A stretch of 20,655 bases of DNA, from NCBI GenBank assembly GCA_030668825.1, contig DAOVET010000042.1, forward strand, positions 1 through 20,655. The letters run 5' to 3'. Every line of letters starts with the position of its first letter. Positions within the stretch are counted from its first letter, which is position 1. The notes under the pieces are model-generated. The model ran no database searches. It saw nothing but the letters and a program-made list of their open reading frames with translations, and was not told where the DNA came from. The stretch comes from Candidatus Heimdallarchaeota archaeon (GTDB taxonomy: Archaea > Asgardarchaeota > Heimdallarchaeia > Heimdallarchaeales > Heimdallarchaeaceae). The position numbers were made by a program, and so were the translations under genes. Of the stretch, positions 7,034 through 14,453 are shown one piece after another.

Positions 7034-7849
7034 TTAGAACATTAACTTCCTAAGTTTCAGCATGTTTTTCATTTCGCCTTTAACTTCTAGATTGCCACTA
7101 GAGTAGGCTTTGACAGGATTTATCTGCTTTGTCATCATTTTAACAAAAACAGTTGAATCCATTTTAACTTGAACGGCTGCTTCTTTATCAACACCTTCTG
7201 AGAGTTCTATTCCTTCTCCGCCATTAATTTTGAATAAGTAGGATTTAGAGATATCTGGAAAAGTCATCATCAATGTGTTATACCAATTTCGAAAAGCTTT
7301 CATGACCTTTTCAGTATTATATCTATCTACTATATTCTGAAGGCCATCTTCGTAGGTGAAATCACTAATAGAAACGTCATCCACTTTTGCAGCTTTTACA
7401 GGTTTAGCTCTGGCAACTGGTTTTACTACAGATTTTTTGACCTCTTTGACAACAGCTTTTTGTGTAGTTTTTTCTTCGTGACTTACTTTTTCTTCCACTT
7501 TCCTAGGACTTTCTGGTCTGATAATTTGCAATTTGCTTCGACCACCAGAAGTAAGAGAGGAGCCAAATTCCGATAATTCTCGTTCTATACTATATTCTTG
7601 TATACTTCCTTTCATTTGCAATGATTTAATAGCTCCAAAACAACCTAAAATAAGTAGAGCAAATCCAAGAAAGGCAAACACATAGATGAATATAGATAGC
7701 AAAGTAGAATACTGTGGAATAGTTGATTCATATTCAAGAAGTTTGGAAATTAAAGCAACAGTTAGACCTAATAATCCTAAACCAGTTGCTAGAAGAGCAA
7801 AAACTGTCATCTGATTATTGACAATTTTGTCTCTTATTCTGTGAACCAT
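7034..7849 (-). CDS. Membrane protein with two TM helices, a charged linker and a C-terminal SCP2 (sterol carrier protein 2) lipid-binding domain
   Basis: C-terminal AAVQVKMDSTVFVKMMTKQINPVKAYSSGNLEVKGEMKNMLKL is the SCP2 signature. Two N-terminal hydrophobic segments. ATG 7849 preferred over GTG 7885. Confidence 0.85.
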   Translation of the reverse strand: MVHRIRDKIVNNQMTVFALLATGLGLLGLTVALISKLLEYESTIPQYSTLLSIFIYVFAFLGFALLILGCFGAIKSLQMKGSIQEYSIERELSEFGSSLTSGGRSKLQIIRPESPRKVEEKVSHEEKTTQKAVVKEVKKSVVKPVARAKPVKAAKVDDVSISDFTYEDGLQNIVDRYNTEKVMKAFRNWYNTLMMTFPDISKSYLFKINGGEGIELSEGVDKEAAVQVKMDSTVFVKMMTKQINPVKAYSSGNLEVKGEMKNMLKLRKLMF

Positions 7850-7909
7850 AAGATATTCTCGAGTTTGAGTTTTAAAATGTTTCACAGAAAATTTGATTTT
7901 CCTCTATCT

Positions 7910-7937
7910 GGCAGAAATTTTTGCCGAGTTTATATTC
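7910..7937 (-). promoter_or_regulatory. TATA-like box with a downstream palindrome upstream of the SCP2 and dehydrogenase-aldolase genes
   Basis: The minus strand has AATATAAA near 7936..7929, followed by the near-palindrome GGCAGAAATTTTTGCC at 7910-7925. Confidence 0.4.
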
Positions 7938-8051
7938 TAAAGTGATTATTATACTAGTAGAAGCTAGCAAAACTATCCTAATAGCTGCATTATCCCCATC
8001 CTTTATGTCTATGTAGCTAGCTTCTCTCCCCCTTATCCCTGCAGTTGTAAC

Positions 8052-8333
8052 TTATCCACCGGAGATAAAAGGAATGATAGAGATTACTTGATCTGCTTTG
8101 ACAATGGTTATGTCAAGATCATCTTTTTTGATGTTATCTTTATCTAGTTGTATGAAGTAAAACTCCCTTATTCTTCCATCAGTATAGAGCAATTTTTCTA
8201 GTTCTGGACCATATTTAGAAACAAAAATGTCCAGTGCTTTAGTAATGGTTATTTTATCTTGAACGTCTAAAATAACATATCTTTCTTTAGCTATTGTTCT
8301 TATCTGTCCAAAGCATTGAACTGAAATCTCCAT
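8052..8333 (-). CDS. MoaD/ThiS/SAMP-family ubiquitin-like sulfur carrier
   Basis: Beta-grasp pattern (ISVQCFGQIR...ITITKALDIF...DQVISIIPFISGG) with a free C-terminal GG. SD-like GAGAGGT precedes ATG 8333. Confidence 0.9.
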   Translation of the reverse strand: MEISVQCFGQIRTIAKERYVILDVQDKITITKALDIFVSKYGPELEKLLYTDGRIREFYFIQLDKDNIKKDDLDITIVKADQVISIIPFISGG

Positions 8334-8374
8334 GTTTTTACCTCTCTCTCGCATTATTTAAGAACTATCTTCAA

Positions 8375-8935
8375 TCAAATATTCTTCATAAATTTATTTT
8401 TGATTTCTTTAGGTTGCCAAGGGATATTTTCTAAGTTCTCAATATCTTCTTCTACATTTATATGCAAAACAGCTGTTTGTTTGCTGGTTAGAAGAATTTC
8501 AAAGGCTTCAAGTAATTTTGAAGGACTTTTGACCAAGTTTAAACTCCCATAGTGTTGAATCCCCAATCCTTCCAACAGTTTGAGATAATCTACGGTTGAA
8601 GATACAGTTTCTTGCCCTCCAGTAGTAGCATAGATCTCATTATCTAATATGATTATTTTGAGGTTGTCGGGTTTGTAATTTCCTATGGTGGTCATTGAGC
8701 TCAAACCCATCAAGAAATTACCATCTCCAGTAATAACTAGTACTTGTTTCTCTGGTTGTGCTAAAGCTAGTCCTAAGCCAATAGACATGGGTAAACCCAT
8801 ACTCCCTCTAAGATAGACTTGAGGTCGAGGTAGAAAGTTGTAAGTTTGTCGACTGACATTACCATTTGAACTAACAATAAGTGTATCATCAGAGATAAAT
8901 TCTTTCAAAGAAGCTATAACTTCTTCACCTCTCAT
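8375..8935 (-). CDS. comE: Sulfopyruvate/phosphonopyruvate decarboxylase-like, beta (TPP-binding) subunit
   Basis: GSMGL...IGLGLA, GDGNFLM...ILDN and TTGGQET motifs. Start overlaps the stop of the upstream alpha subunit. Substrate not established. Confidence 0.8.
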   Translation of the reverse strand: MRGEEVIASLKEFISDDTLIVSSNGNVSRQTYNFLPRPQVYLRGSMGLPMSIGLGLALAQPEKQVLVITGDGNFLMGLSSMTTIGNYKPDNLKIIILDNEIYATTGGQETVSSTVDYLKLLEGLGIQHYGSLNLVKSPSKLLEAFEILLTSKQTAVLHINVEEDIENLENIPWQPKEIKNKFMKNI

Positions 8936-9429
8936 CAGATGATAGCCCCCTTTTCAACAAGAATACAAACTACAGAAGAATCTTCGTTCATACGCTCCAA
9001 TGCTTTATCTAGAATTTTTCTCCAATTTTCCCCTTTCATATTCCAATAAGGAATTCCATAAGCTTTCAGAACAGCTTCAGTGACTTTCCCCATTATAACA
9101 TGTTCTGGAAAGGTTTTATCAGGTTCAAGTCCTCGATAACTGACAAATATCAATAAGGGAATTTCATAGAGTTGAGCAAGAGAGGTAAAAGCATCTCCGA
9201 TTGTAGCTAAACCGGAATTTTGCATAATCAAGAAGCAATTCTTTTTTCCAAGATAATAACCACAAGCAATACCAACAGCTTCATCTTCTCTAGTTGCAGC
9301 AATATACTGTATATCGGTACTTTTACCTATCTCAATAAGGAGCTCTTTGAAATAGGAACAGGGAACACCAGTTGAGAGCTCAAAATTTTTCTCAGAGAGG
9401 TAATTCAGAATATCAACAGATTTAATCAT
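8935..9429 (-). CDS. comD: Sulfopyruvate/phosphonopyruvate decarboxylase-like, alpha (PYR) subunit
   Basis: GVPCSY, TREDEAVGIACG, MQNSGL and VSYRG motifs. ATG 9429 follows a GGAG SD-like sequence. Confidence 0.8.
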   Translation of the reverse strand: MIKSVDILNYLSEKNFELSTGVPCSYFKELLIEIGKSTDIQYIAATREDEAVGIACGYYLGKKNCFLIMQNSGLATIGDAFTSLAQLYEIPLLIFVSYRGLEPDKTFPEHVIMGKVTEAVLKAYGIPYWNMKGENWRKILDKALERMNEDSSVVCILVEKGAII

Positions 9430-9512
9430 AAAGATTACTCCAACAAGATGAGAAACTTTCACAGATATAAATAAATTAGGATGTAGAAAAAAGTAAAAAG
9501 AAAATTAGATAA

Positions 9513-10076
9513 TTACTTACTTTCAACAGTCATTTTTTCAAAATAAGCAGAAATGTTTTCTGTTAAAACACTGAAAACGGTTTCAACATTTAAACCAGTC
9601 TTAGCTGAAGTCTCGATGTAAGGGATGTAGAAACCTGACCATTCAGAAAGTTGATCAGCATACTCTTGAGCATATTCTTTTGGAACAGAATTAGGTGTAC
9701 TCTCACGAAGATCAGCTTTGTTACCAATTAAAACGAGTGGAACTATTCGATTCTTATTATTACGAATAAGTTCATGCAGCCAATTTGGAAGTACAGAATA
9801 GGTTTCAGGACGAGCAATATCAAAAACTAATAAAGCCCCAGCAGTACCGCGATAGTAGACTTCCCTTACCGCTGAAAATCGCTGTTGACCCGCTAAATCC
9901 CAAATTTGTAGTGTGTAATCAACGTTCTTATGGACCATTTTTTTAACAGCGAAGTCAGCACCGATTGTCATCATGTACCCCTCTTTAAAGCTCTCTCCTA
10001 GGTATCTTCGACGTATACTTGTCTTACCGACTGCGCCTTCTCCTAGCAACGAAATTTTGAAAATCCTTTGGCTCAC
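9513..10076 (-). CDS. Rab-like small GTPase (Ras superfamily)
   Basis: G1 GEGAVGKT, G2 TIGADF, G3 WDLAGQ, G4 NKAD, G5 ETSAK, plus RabF-like TLQIW, YYRGT, LVFDI. GTG start with GTGGTG SD. Confidence 0.96.
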   Translation of the reverse strand: MSQRIFKISLLGEGAVGKTSIRRRYLGESFKEGYMMTIGADFAVKKMVHKNVDYTLQIWDLAGQQRFSAVREVYYRGTAGALLVFDIARPETYSVLPNWLHELIRNNKNRIVPLVLIGNKADLRESTPNSVPKEYAQEYADQLSEWSGFYIPYIETSAKTGLNVETVFSVLTENISAYFEKMTVESK

Positions 10077-10274
10077 TATTACACCACTTTCCTATAGTAT
10101 TTTCTCTCTTCCATACTTTTAAATGATTTGTTAGAGGGAATGGGTTAATATTGAATAATTTAAGTGTTGCTGGTCTCAACTTATTCATTTAAACTTAAAA
10201 AAGTGTCTAGTTTTCATAAATCATTAAAAAGAGAGAGGAAAAAAAAGTAGGGTATGAATTTGTTCTGAAATATC

Positions 10275-11123
10275 TTAAGTTTTGTTTCTTTTCTTTCTTC
10301 GTAAGGTTATGACTCCAAAAGTAATCAGTACAGGAATTCCTGCAATCCATCCAAAAGGAACAGAAACTAGTATATTTTCATCTGTAATTTCTAACAAAAT
10401 TTCAGCTTCATCTGTTTCTCCACTGGATTTCAGCCTAAACTTTAACTCATATGAACTAAGCACTCCCCATTCTTTATTATATGTCACTCTCGCTTCTTCA
10501 TCAATCTCTATATTTCCGCCAAAGAAACCACTGTATTTCACATGAAGTTCTGTATTAATTGAAAATACCTCCTCATTGTTAGTTATTTCATATTTTGCTT
10601 GTGGAATAGAACCTTCATACTGATGGTAAACTTCGTACAAATAGTCAAAAGTACTGGTTACTGATCCATTTGCTAGAATAGTTTTTGGATATATGAAATT
10701 GATTGGGAAATAACCTATATTCGGTTGTATTGCATTAAAATCAATCTGACTTGCATCATCTCCTAGTAAATCTGTATTTAGACGAAATTCTGCCCAAGTT
10801 TCAGTCGTAGTGTATAAATCCTCATAATTACTTATGTTTAAATTGTCTGGATCTACTAGGAATTTTATCTTGAAAATATCCCCTTGTGTCATATTAGTTC
10901 CTGAATTAATTTCCCAAATAAATTCTTCAGGGGAACCATACCCAGTTACAAAAAATGTTTTCATTTCCCAAGATAATTCAAGGGGTGCTACAAGATCATC
11001 ATTATATGTAAAATCGTCTATTCCAATAGCATTAACAAAGTTTTGACCATAACTAAGTGAAAATAGAATTGCTATTAGAGATATCGATAAAACTGCTATT
11101 TTCTTTTTATTTATTTTAAACGC
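10275..11123 (-). CDS. Exported surface protein, paralog 1 (signal peptide, C-terminal PFGW-TM-basic anchor); start codon non-canonical or lost
   Basis: The frame is open 53 codons upstream of ATG 10964 and aligns without gaps to the N-terminus of 11312..12154 (FKINKKKIAVLSISLIAILFSLSYGQNFV...). That extension has no ATG/GTG/TTG. Confidence 0.8.
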   Translation of the reverse strand, partial: AFKINKKKIAVLSISLIAILFSLSYGQNFVNAIGIDDFTYNDDLVAPLELSWEMKTFFVTGYGSPEEFIWEINSGTNMTQGDIFKIKFLVDPDNLNISNYEDLYTTTETWAEFRLNTDLLGDDASQIDFNAIQPNIGYFPINFIYPKTILANGSVTSTFDYLYEVYHQYEGSIPQAKYEITNNEEVFSINTELHVKYSGFFGGNIEIDEEARVTYNKEWGVLSSYELKFRLKSSGETDEAEILLEITDENILVSVPFGWIAGIPVLITFGVITLRRKKRNKT

Positions 11124-11153
11124 CTCCGTGCTTACTAAAATATGTGTTTACTC

Positions 11154-11182
11154 TTAATTGTATATAAATTCTAGGTCTAGAA
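11154..11182 (-). promoter_or_regulatory. TATA box plus palindrome upstream of paralog 1
   Basis: The minus strand reads TTCTAGACCTAGAATTTATATACAATTAA. TTCTAG-GT-CTAGAA at 11169-11182. Confidence 0.65.
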
Positions 11183-11311
11183 ATGTTTAATCAAAGAAAA
11201 TCCTAATTTTACTCAAAAAGATATAGTCCGAAGCAAATAAGAATCTAAAAATTTATTCAATTTGAGGTAGTTAAACAAAAAAAATAAAATAATAGCAGAT
11301 TTTGTATTGAA

Positions 11312-12154
11312 TTATTTATAGATTAGTTTTCTCTTTCTTCTTATAACAATAACTCCTGCTATTAACAGAACAGAAATTCCCGCAATCCATCCAAAAGGCG
11401 CTACTTTTATATCCTCGTCAGTTATTTCTAACAATATCTCAACTTCTTCTACAACTGAATCAGTTATCCTAGTCAAGTGTAATTCATATGAACTAAGTAC
11501 TCCCCATTCTTTGTTATATATCACTTTAGAATCTTGAGTGATATCTGTCTCTTCAAGTCCAACCATCACTATCAAATGAATTTTTGCTTCTATTGAAAAT
11601 AATTTTGCTTTATTAGTTAATTTATACTTCATTCCCATCATAGAGAATTCATATTGTTTCAAATCATCATATAAGTAATCAAAAGTACTGATTTCAGCTC
11701 CTCCTACTTGAACAGTTTGTGGATAAATGAATTTTACTGGAAAGTAGTCTAGATATGGATTTATATCATTAAAAGCAATCAAACTGGCATCATCTCCTAG
11801 TAGTACTGAATTTAAATAAAATTCTGCCCAAGTTTCAGTCGTAGTGTATAAATCATCATAATTACTTATGTTTAAATTGTCTGGATCTACTAGGAATTTT
11901 ATCTTGAAAATGTCTCCTTGTGTCACGTTAATTTCTGAAGTTATTTGCCAAATATAGTCTTCCGGAGTATCATAGACCAAATAAAATGTTGTCATAACCC
12001 ATGATAATTCTAAGGGAGCTTCAAGATTGTTATTATATGTGAAATCTTCTACATTGTTAGCAATAACAAAGTTTTGACCATAATTAATTGAAACTAAAAT
12101 TGCTATCAGAGTCAATGATAAAACTGCTTTATTCTTTTTATTAATTCTAAACAC
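11312..12154 (-). CDS. Exported surface protein, paralog 2 (signal peptide, C-terminal PFGW-TM-basic anchor)
   Basis: Shares TQGDIFKIKFLVDPDNLNISNY, YNKEWGVLSSYEL and PFGWIAGI blocks with paralog 1. Confidence 0.85.
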   Translation of the reverse strand: MFRINKKNKAVLSLTLIAILVSINYGQNFVIANNVEDFTYNNNLEAPLELSWVMTTFYLVYDTPEDYIWQITSEINVTQGDIFKIKFLVDPDNLNISNYDDLYTTTETWAEFYLNSVLLGDDASLIAFNDINPYLDYFPVKFIYPQTVQVGGAEISTFDYLYDDLKQYEFSMMGMKYKLTNKAKLFSIEAKIHLIVMVGLEETDITQDSKVIYNKEWGVLSSYELHLTRITDSVVEEVEILLEITDEDIKVAPFGWIAGISVLLIAGVIVIRRKRKLIYK

Positions 12155-12184
12155 CTCACTGTTTTCTAAAGTATGTGTTAACTT

Positions 12185-12213
12185 TTAATTGTATATAAAC
12201 ACTAGGTCTAGAA
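12185..12213 (-). promoter_or_regulatory. TATA box plus palindrome upstream of paralog 2
   Basis: The minus strand reads TTCTAGACCTAGTGTTTATATACAATTAA, near-identical to 11154-11182. Confidence 0.65.
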
Positions 12214-12255
12214 GTCATACACAAAAAAAATATAGTACTAATCATAGTTAAATCC

Positions 12256-12717
12256 ATGGAAATAATAGTTAAGCCAATTGGTTTAATCGAATCTCCTTTC
12301 AATGAATCAGAAAAAGGTCCTATTCAACCCGGTTTCTCAGAATCTTTTGGAACTGTAGTTGTTAATATGGAATACATCGAGGGACTTAAAGAGATTGATG
12401 GTTTTTCTCACATTATTTTGCTTTACTATTTTGATCGAGCAGAGACCGTTGACCTGAAAGTTATTCCTTATCTAGATACTACCCCTAAAGGAATTTTCGC
12501 GATTCGTCATCCTAACAGACCCAACAAAATAGGGTTATCTATTGTTCAGTTAGTAAGTGTTGAAAAAAACAAACTTCTCGTTAGGGGTATTGATGTTTTA
12601 AATAATACTCCTCTACTAGATATCAAACCTTTTGTACCTGAATTTGATATCAAGGGTATCAAAGATACTCGAATAGGTTGGTTATCTGAAAGATTACGAA
12701 AAGAAGAAGGTGAATGA
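12256..12717 (+). CDS. tsaA: tRNA (N6-threonylcarbamoyladenosine(37)-N6)-methyltransferase TrmO/TsaA (YaeB family)
   Basis: KPIGLI, GLKEIDGFSHIILLYYF, GIFAIRHPNRPNKIGLS and GIDVLNNTPLLDIKP motifs. Confidence 0.92.
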   Translation: MEIIVKPIGLIESPFNESEKGPIQPGFSESFGTVVVNMEYIEGLKEIDGFSHIILLYYFDRAETVDLKVIPYLDTTPKGIFAIRHPNRPNKIGLSIVQLVSVEKNKLLVRGIDVLNNTPLLDIKPFVPEFDIKGIKDTRIGWLSERLRKEEGE

Positions 12718-13804
12718 CATTCCCAAGGTAGATTGTGCTGTTATTCTTGCTGGAGGTAAAGGCTCTCGTTTAAGTCCACTAACAACTAACAAACCTAAAC
12801 CTTTGATTCCTGTTACCCTTACACCAATGATTGATTTTGCTTTCAAACAAATCACTGATGCAGGAATCTCTAAAATCATCGTTGCAGTGAAATATCTAGG
12901 AGAACAGATTATTGATTATTTGAACAATTCTACTAAATTTTCTGATTTAAAGATCATTATTCCAGATATAAATCCCATTGGAACAGCTGATGCAGTTAGA
13001 AATGTTTCAGATATTATCGATGGAGATTTTGTAGTATCTATGGCAGATATAGTTTGTGATCTTTCGATTAATAAGATGCAGAAGTTTTTCTACTCAACTG
13101 ATGCTTACGCAACAATCAGCTTGAAGAATATAGATTTTCCCACAAAGAAATTTGGAGTTATACTTCTTGATGAAGAGCAAAATATAGAGATATTTTTAGA
13201 AAAACCCAAACCAGAAGAGATGTTATTTACAACAATGGCTTTTGCTTATCGACCTGTAGCTGAATTCCATCAAAATTTGGTTAATACTGGAATATATTTT
13301 TTTAAACATAGGGCTCTAGAAATTTTAGATAATTTCAAAGATATTGTAGATTTTGGGCAAGATATGTTTCCTTATCTTCTTCAAGAAAAATTCAAACTAA
13401 ATGGATATGTGGGTGATTACTATTGGATAGACGCGGGGAATGTTAGAAGTTATCTGTGGGCTAACTATGACGTTCTAAGAGGTTTTGTCTCCGATTATTC
13501 CCCACCAGGCAAGAATAAGAAAGGTATATGGATGGGTGAAAATTTAACAATTGACGAAACTGCAAAAATTATTCCTCCTGTTGTAATCGGGGATAATGTG
13601 GAGATTTCTAAAAATTCTGTAGTTGGACCATTTTCAGTTCTACATAAGGATGTAAAATTAAGAGAAAATGTTTCGGTTGAACGTAGTGTAATTTGGGAAA
13701 ATTCTGTGATCAATAATAATGCTTTCATTAAGAATTCTGTTGTTTGTGAAAATGTAGAAATTGAGGAGAACAGAAAGATAATTAAGTACTCAGCAATTAG
13801 CTGA
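12710..13804 (+). CDS. NDP-sugar pyrophosphorylase (mannose-1-phosphate guanylyltransferase-like) with a C-terminal left-handed beta-helix
   Basis: ILAGGKGSRLSPLT..KPKPLIP, GTADAVR, FLEKP, NTGIY, YWIDAG motifs and hexapeptide repeats. Confidence 0.9.
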   Translation: MNDIPKVDCAVILAGGKGSRLSPLTTNKPKPLIPVTLTPMIDFAFKQITDAGISKIIVAVKYLGEQIIDYLNNSTKFSDLKIIIPDINPIGTADAVRNVSDIIDGDFVVSMADIVCDLSINKMQKFFYSTDAYATISLKNIDFPTKKFGVILLDEEQNIEIFLEKPKPEEMLFTTMAFAYRPVAEFHQNLVNTGIYFFKHRALEILDNFKDIVDFGQDMFPYLLQEKFKLNGYVGDYYWIDAGNVRSYLWANYDVLRGFVSDYSPPGKNKKGIWMGENLTIDETAKIIPPVVIGDNVEISKNSVVGPFSVLHKDVKLRENVSVERSVIWENSVINNNAFIKNSVVCENVEIEENRKIIKYSAIS

Positions 13805-13823
13805 ATAAAGAAGATTGATATCT

Positions 13824-14444
13824 ATGGCTTCTAAAAAAAATGCTTCAAAGTGGTTCATAGTTTTGAGTTTAGCTTTTCTTCTCTATACTTCTTCTGTCGT
13901 AAGTAGTGCTTCAAACACGAGTATTTTCTTCTGTGATATGAACATGGAACTTGATGATGTTAACGACTATGAAGGGATAAAATTAATTGTGTTTTTCCTA
14001 CCGACTTGCCCCAGTTGTATTGATGAATTACTTATTTTGGAACAAATAGATGCCAATTATAATCTAACCATTTTCATGCTGGATGTTTATAAACAAACAA
14101 CAAATCAAAGACTCATTGATTATAAGAATAACCATACTTTATCAGATGATTGGATTATTGGATATTCAACTAGTGAAACTAATTCATTCTTTGATCTCTA
14201 TTCAGTACCAACACTAGTTATAATAGATGATTTAGGAAGGGTTGTAGCTTTAATAGTAGGACAAGCAAGTTACAGTTTTCTCGAAACAAAAATACTTGAT
14301 GCAATAAATCACAATACAGACAATTATAATACAGAATACAATGAAGACCCCTCAAATCAAATAACAGCTATTTTCATAATTGTTGGAGTGGGAATAACAG
14401 CTGTTGTAACTTATTTTCTTGTAAAAACATTAGTAAAAAGATAA
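13824..14444 (+). CDS. Exported TlpA/thioredoxin-like protein with a C-terminal membrane anchor
   Basis: CPSC active site and cis-Pro motif SVPTLVIID. N-terminal signal sequence, C-terminal TM helix. Confidence 0.85.
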   Translation: MASKKNASKWFIVLSLAFLLYTSSVVSSASNTSIFFCDMNMELDDVNDYEGIKLIVFFLPTCPSCIDELLILEQIDANYNLTIFMLDVYKQTTNQRLIDYKNNHTLSDDWIIGYSTSETNSFFDLYSVPTLVIIDDLGRVVALIVGQASYSFLETKILDAINHNTDNYNTEYNEDPSNQITAIFIIVGVGITAVVTYFLVKTLVKR

Positions 14445-14453
14445 GTAGAAAAT

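Noticed and set aside
8052-8333. True ubiquitin or Urm1 partnering the RING protein
   Set aside because: The sequence pattern is MoaD/SAMP-like (IIPFISGG), not LRLRGG or LHGG, and it lies 7 kb from the RING gene with no E1/E2 in the window.
5285-10076. A single operon from the Rab GTPase through to the dehydrogenase-aldolase
   Set aside because: A T-rich tract and a new TATA-like box follow the Rab gene, and a ~200-bp gap with its own TATA-like box precedes the SCP2 gene, suggesting at least three units.
10275-12154. Diversity-generating retroelement TR/VR pair
   Set aside because: Both copies are inside full-length paralogous genes, there are only 3 mismatches in the tract, and no reverse transcriptase is present in the window.
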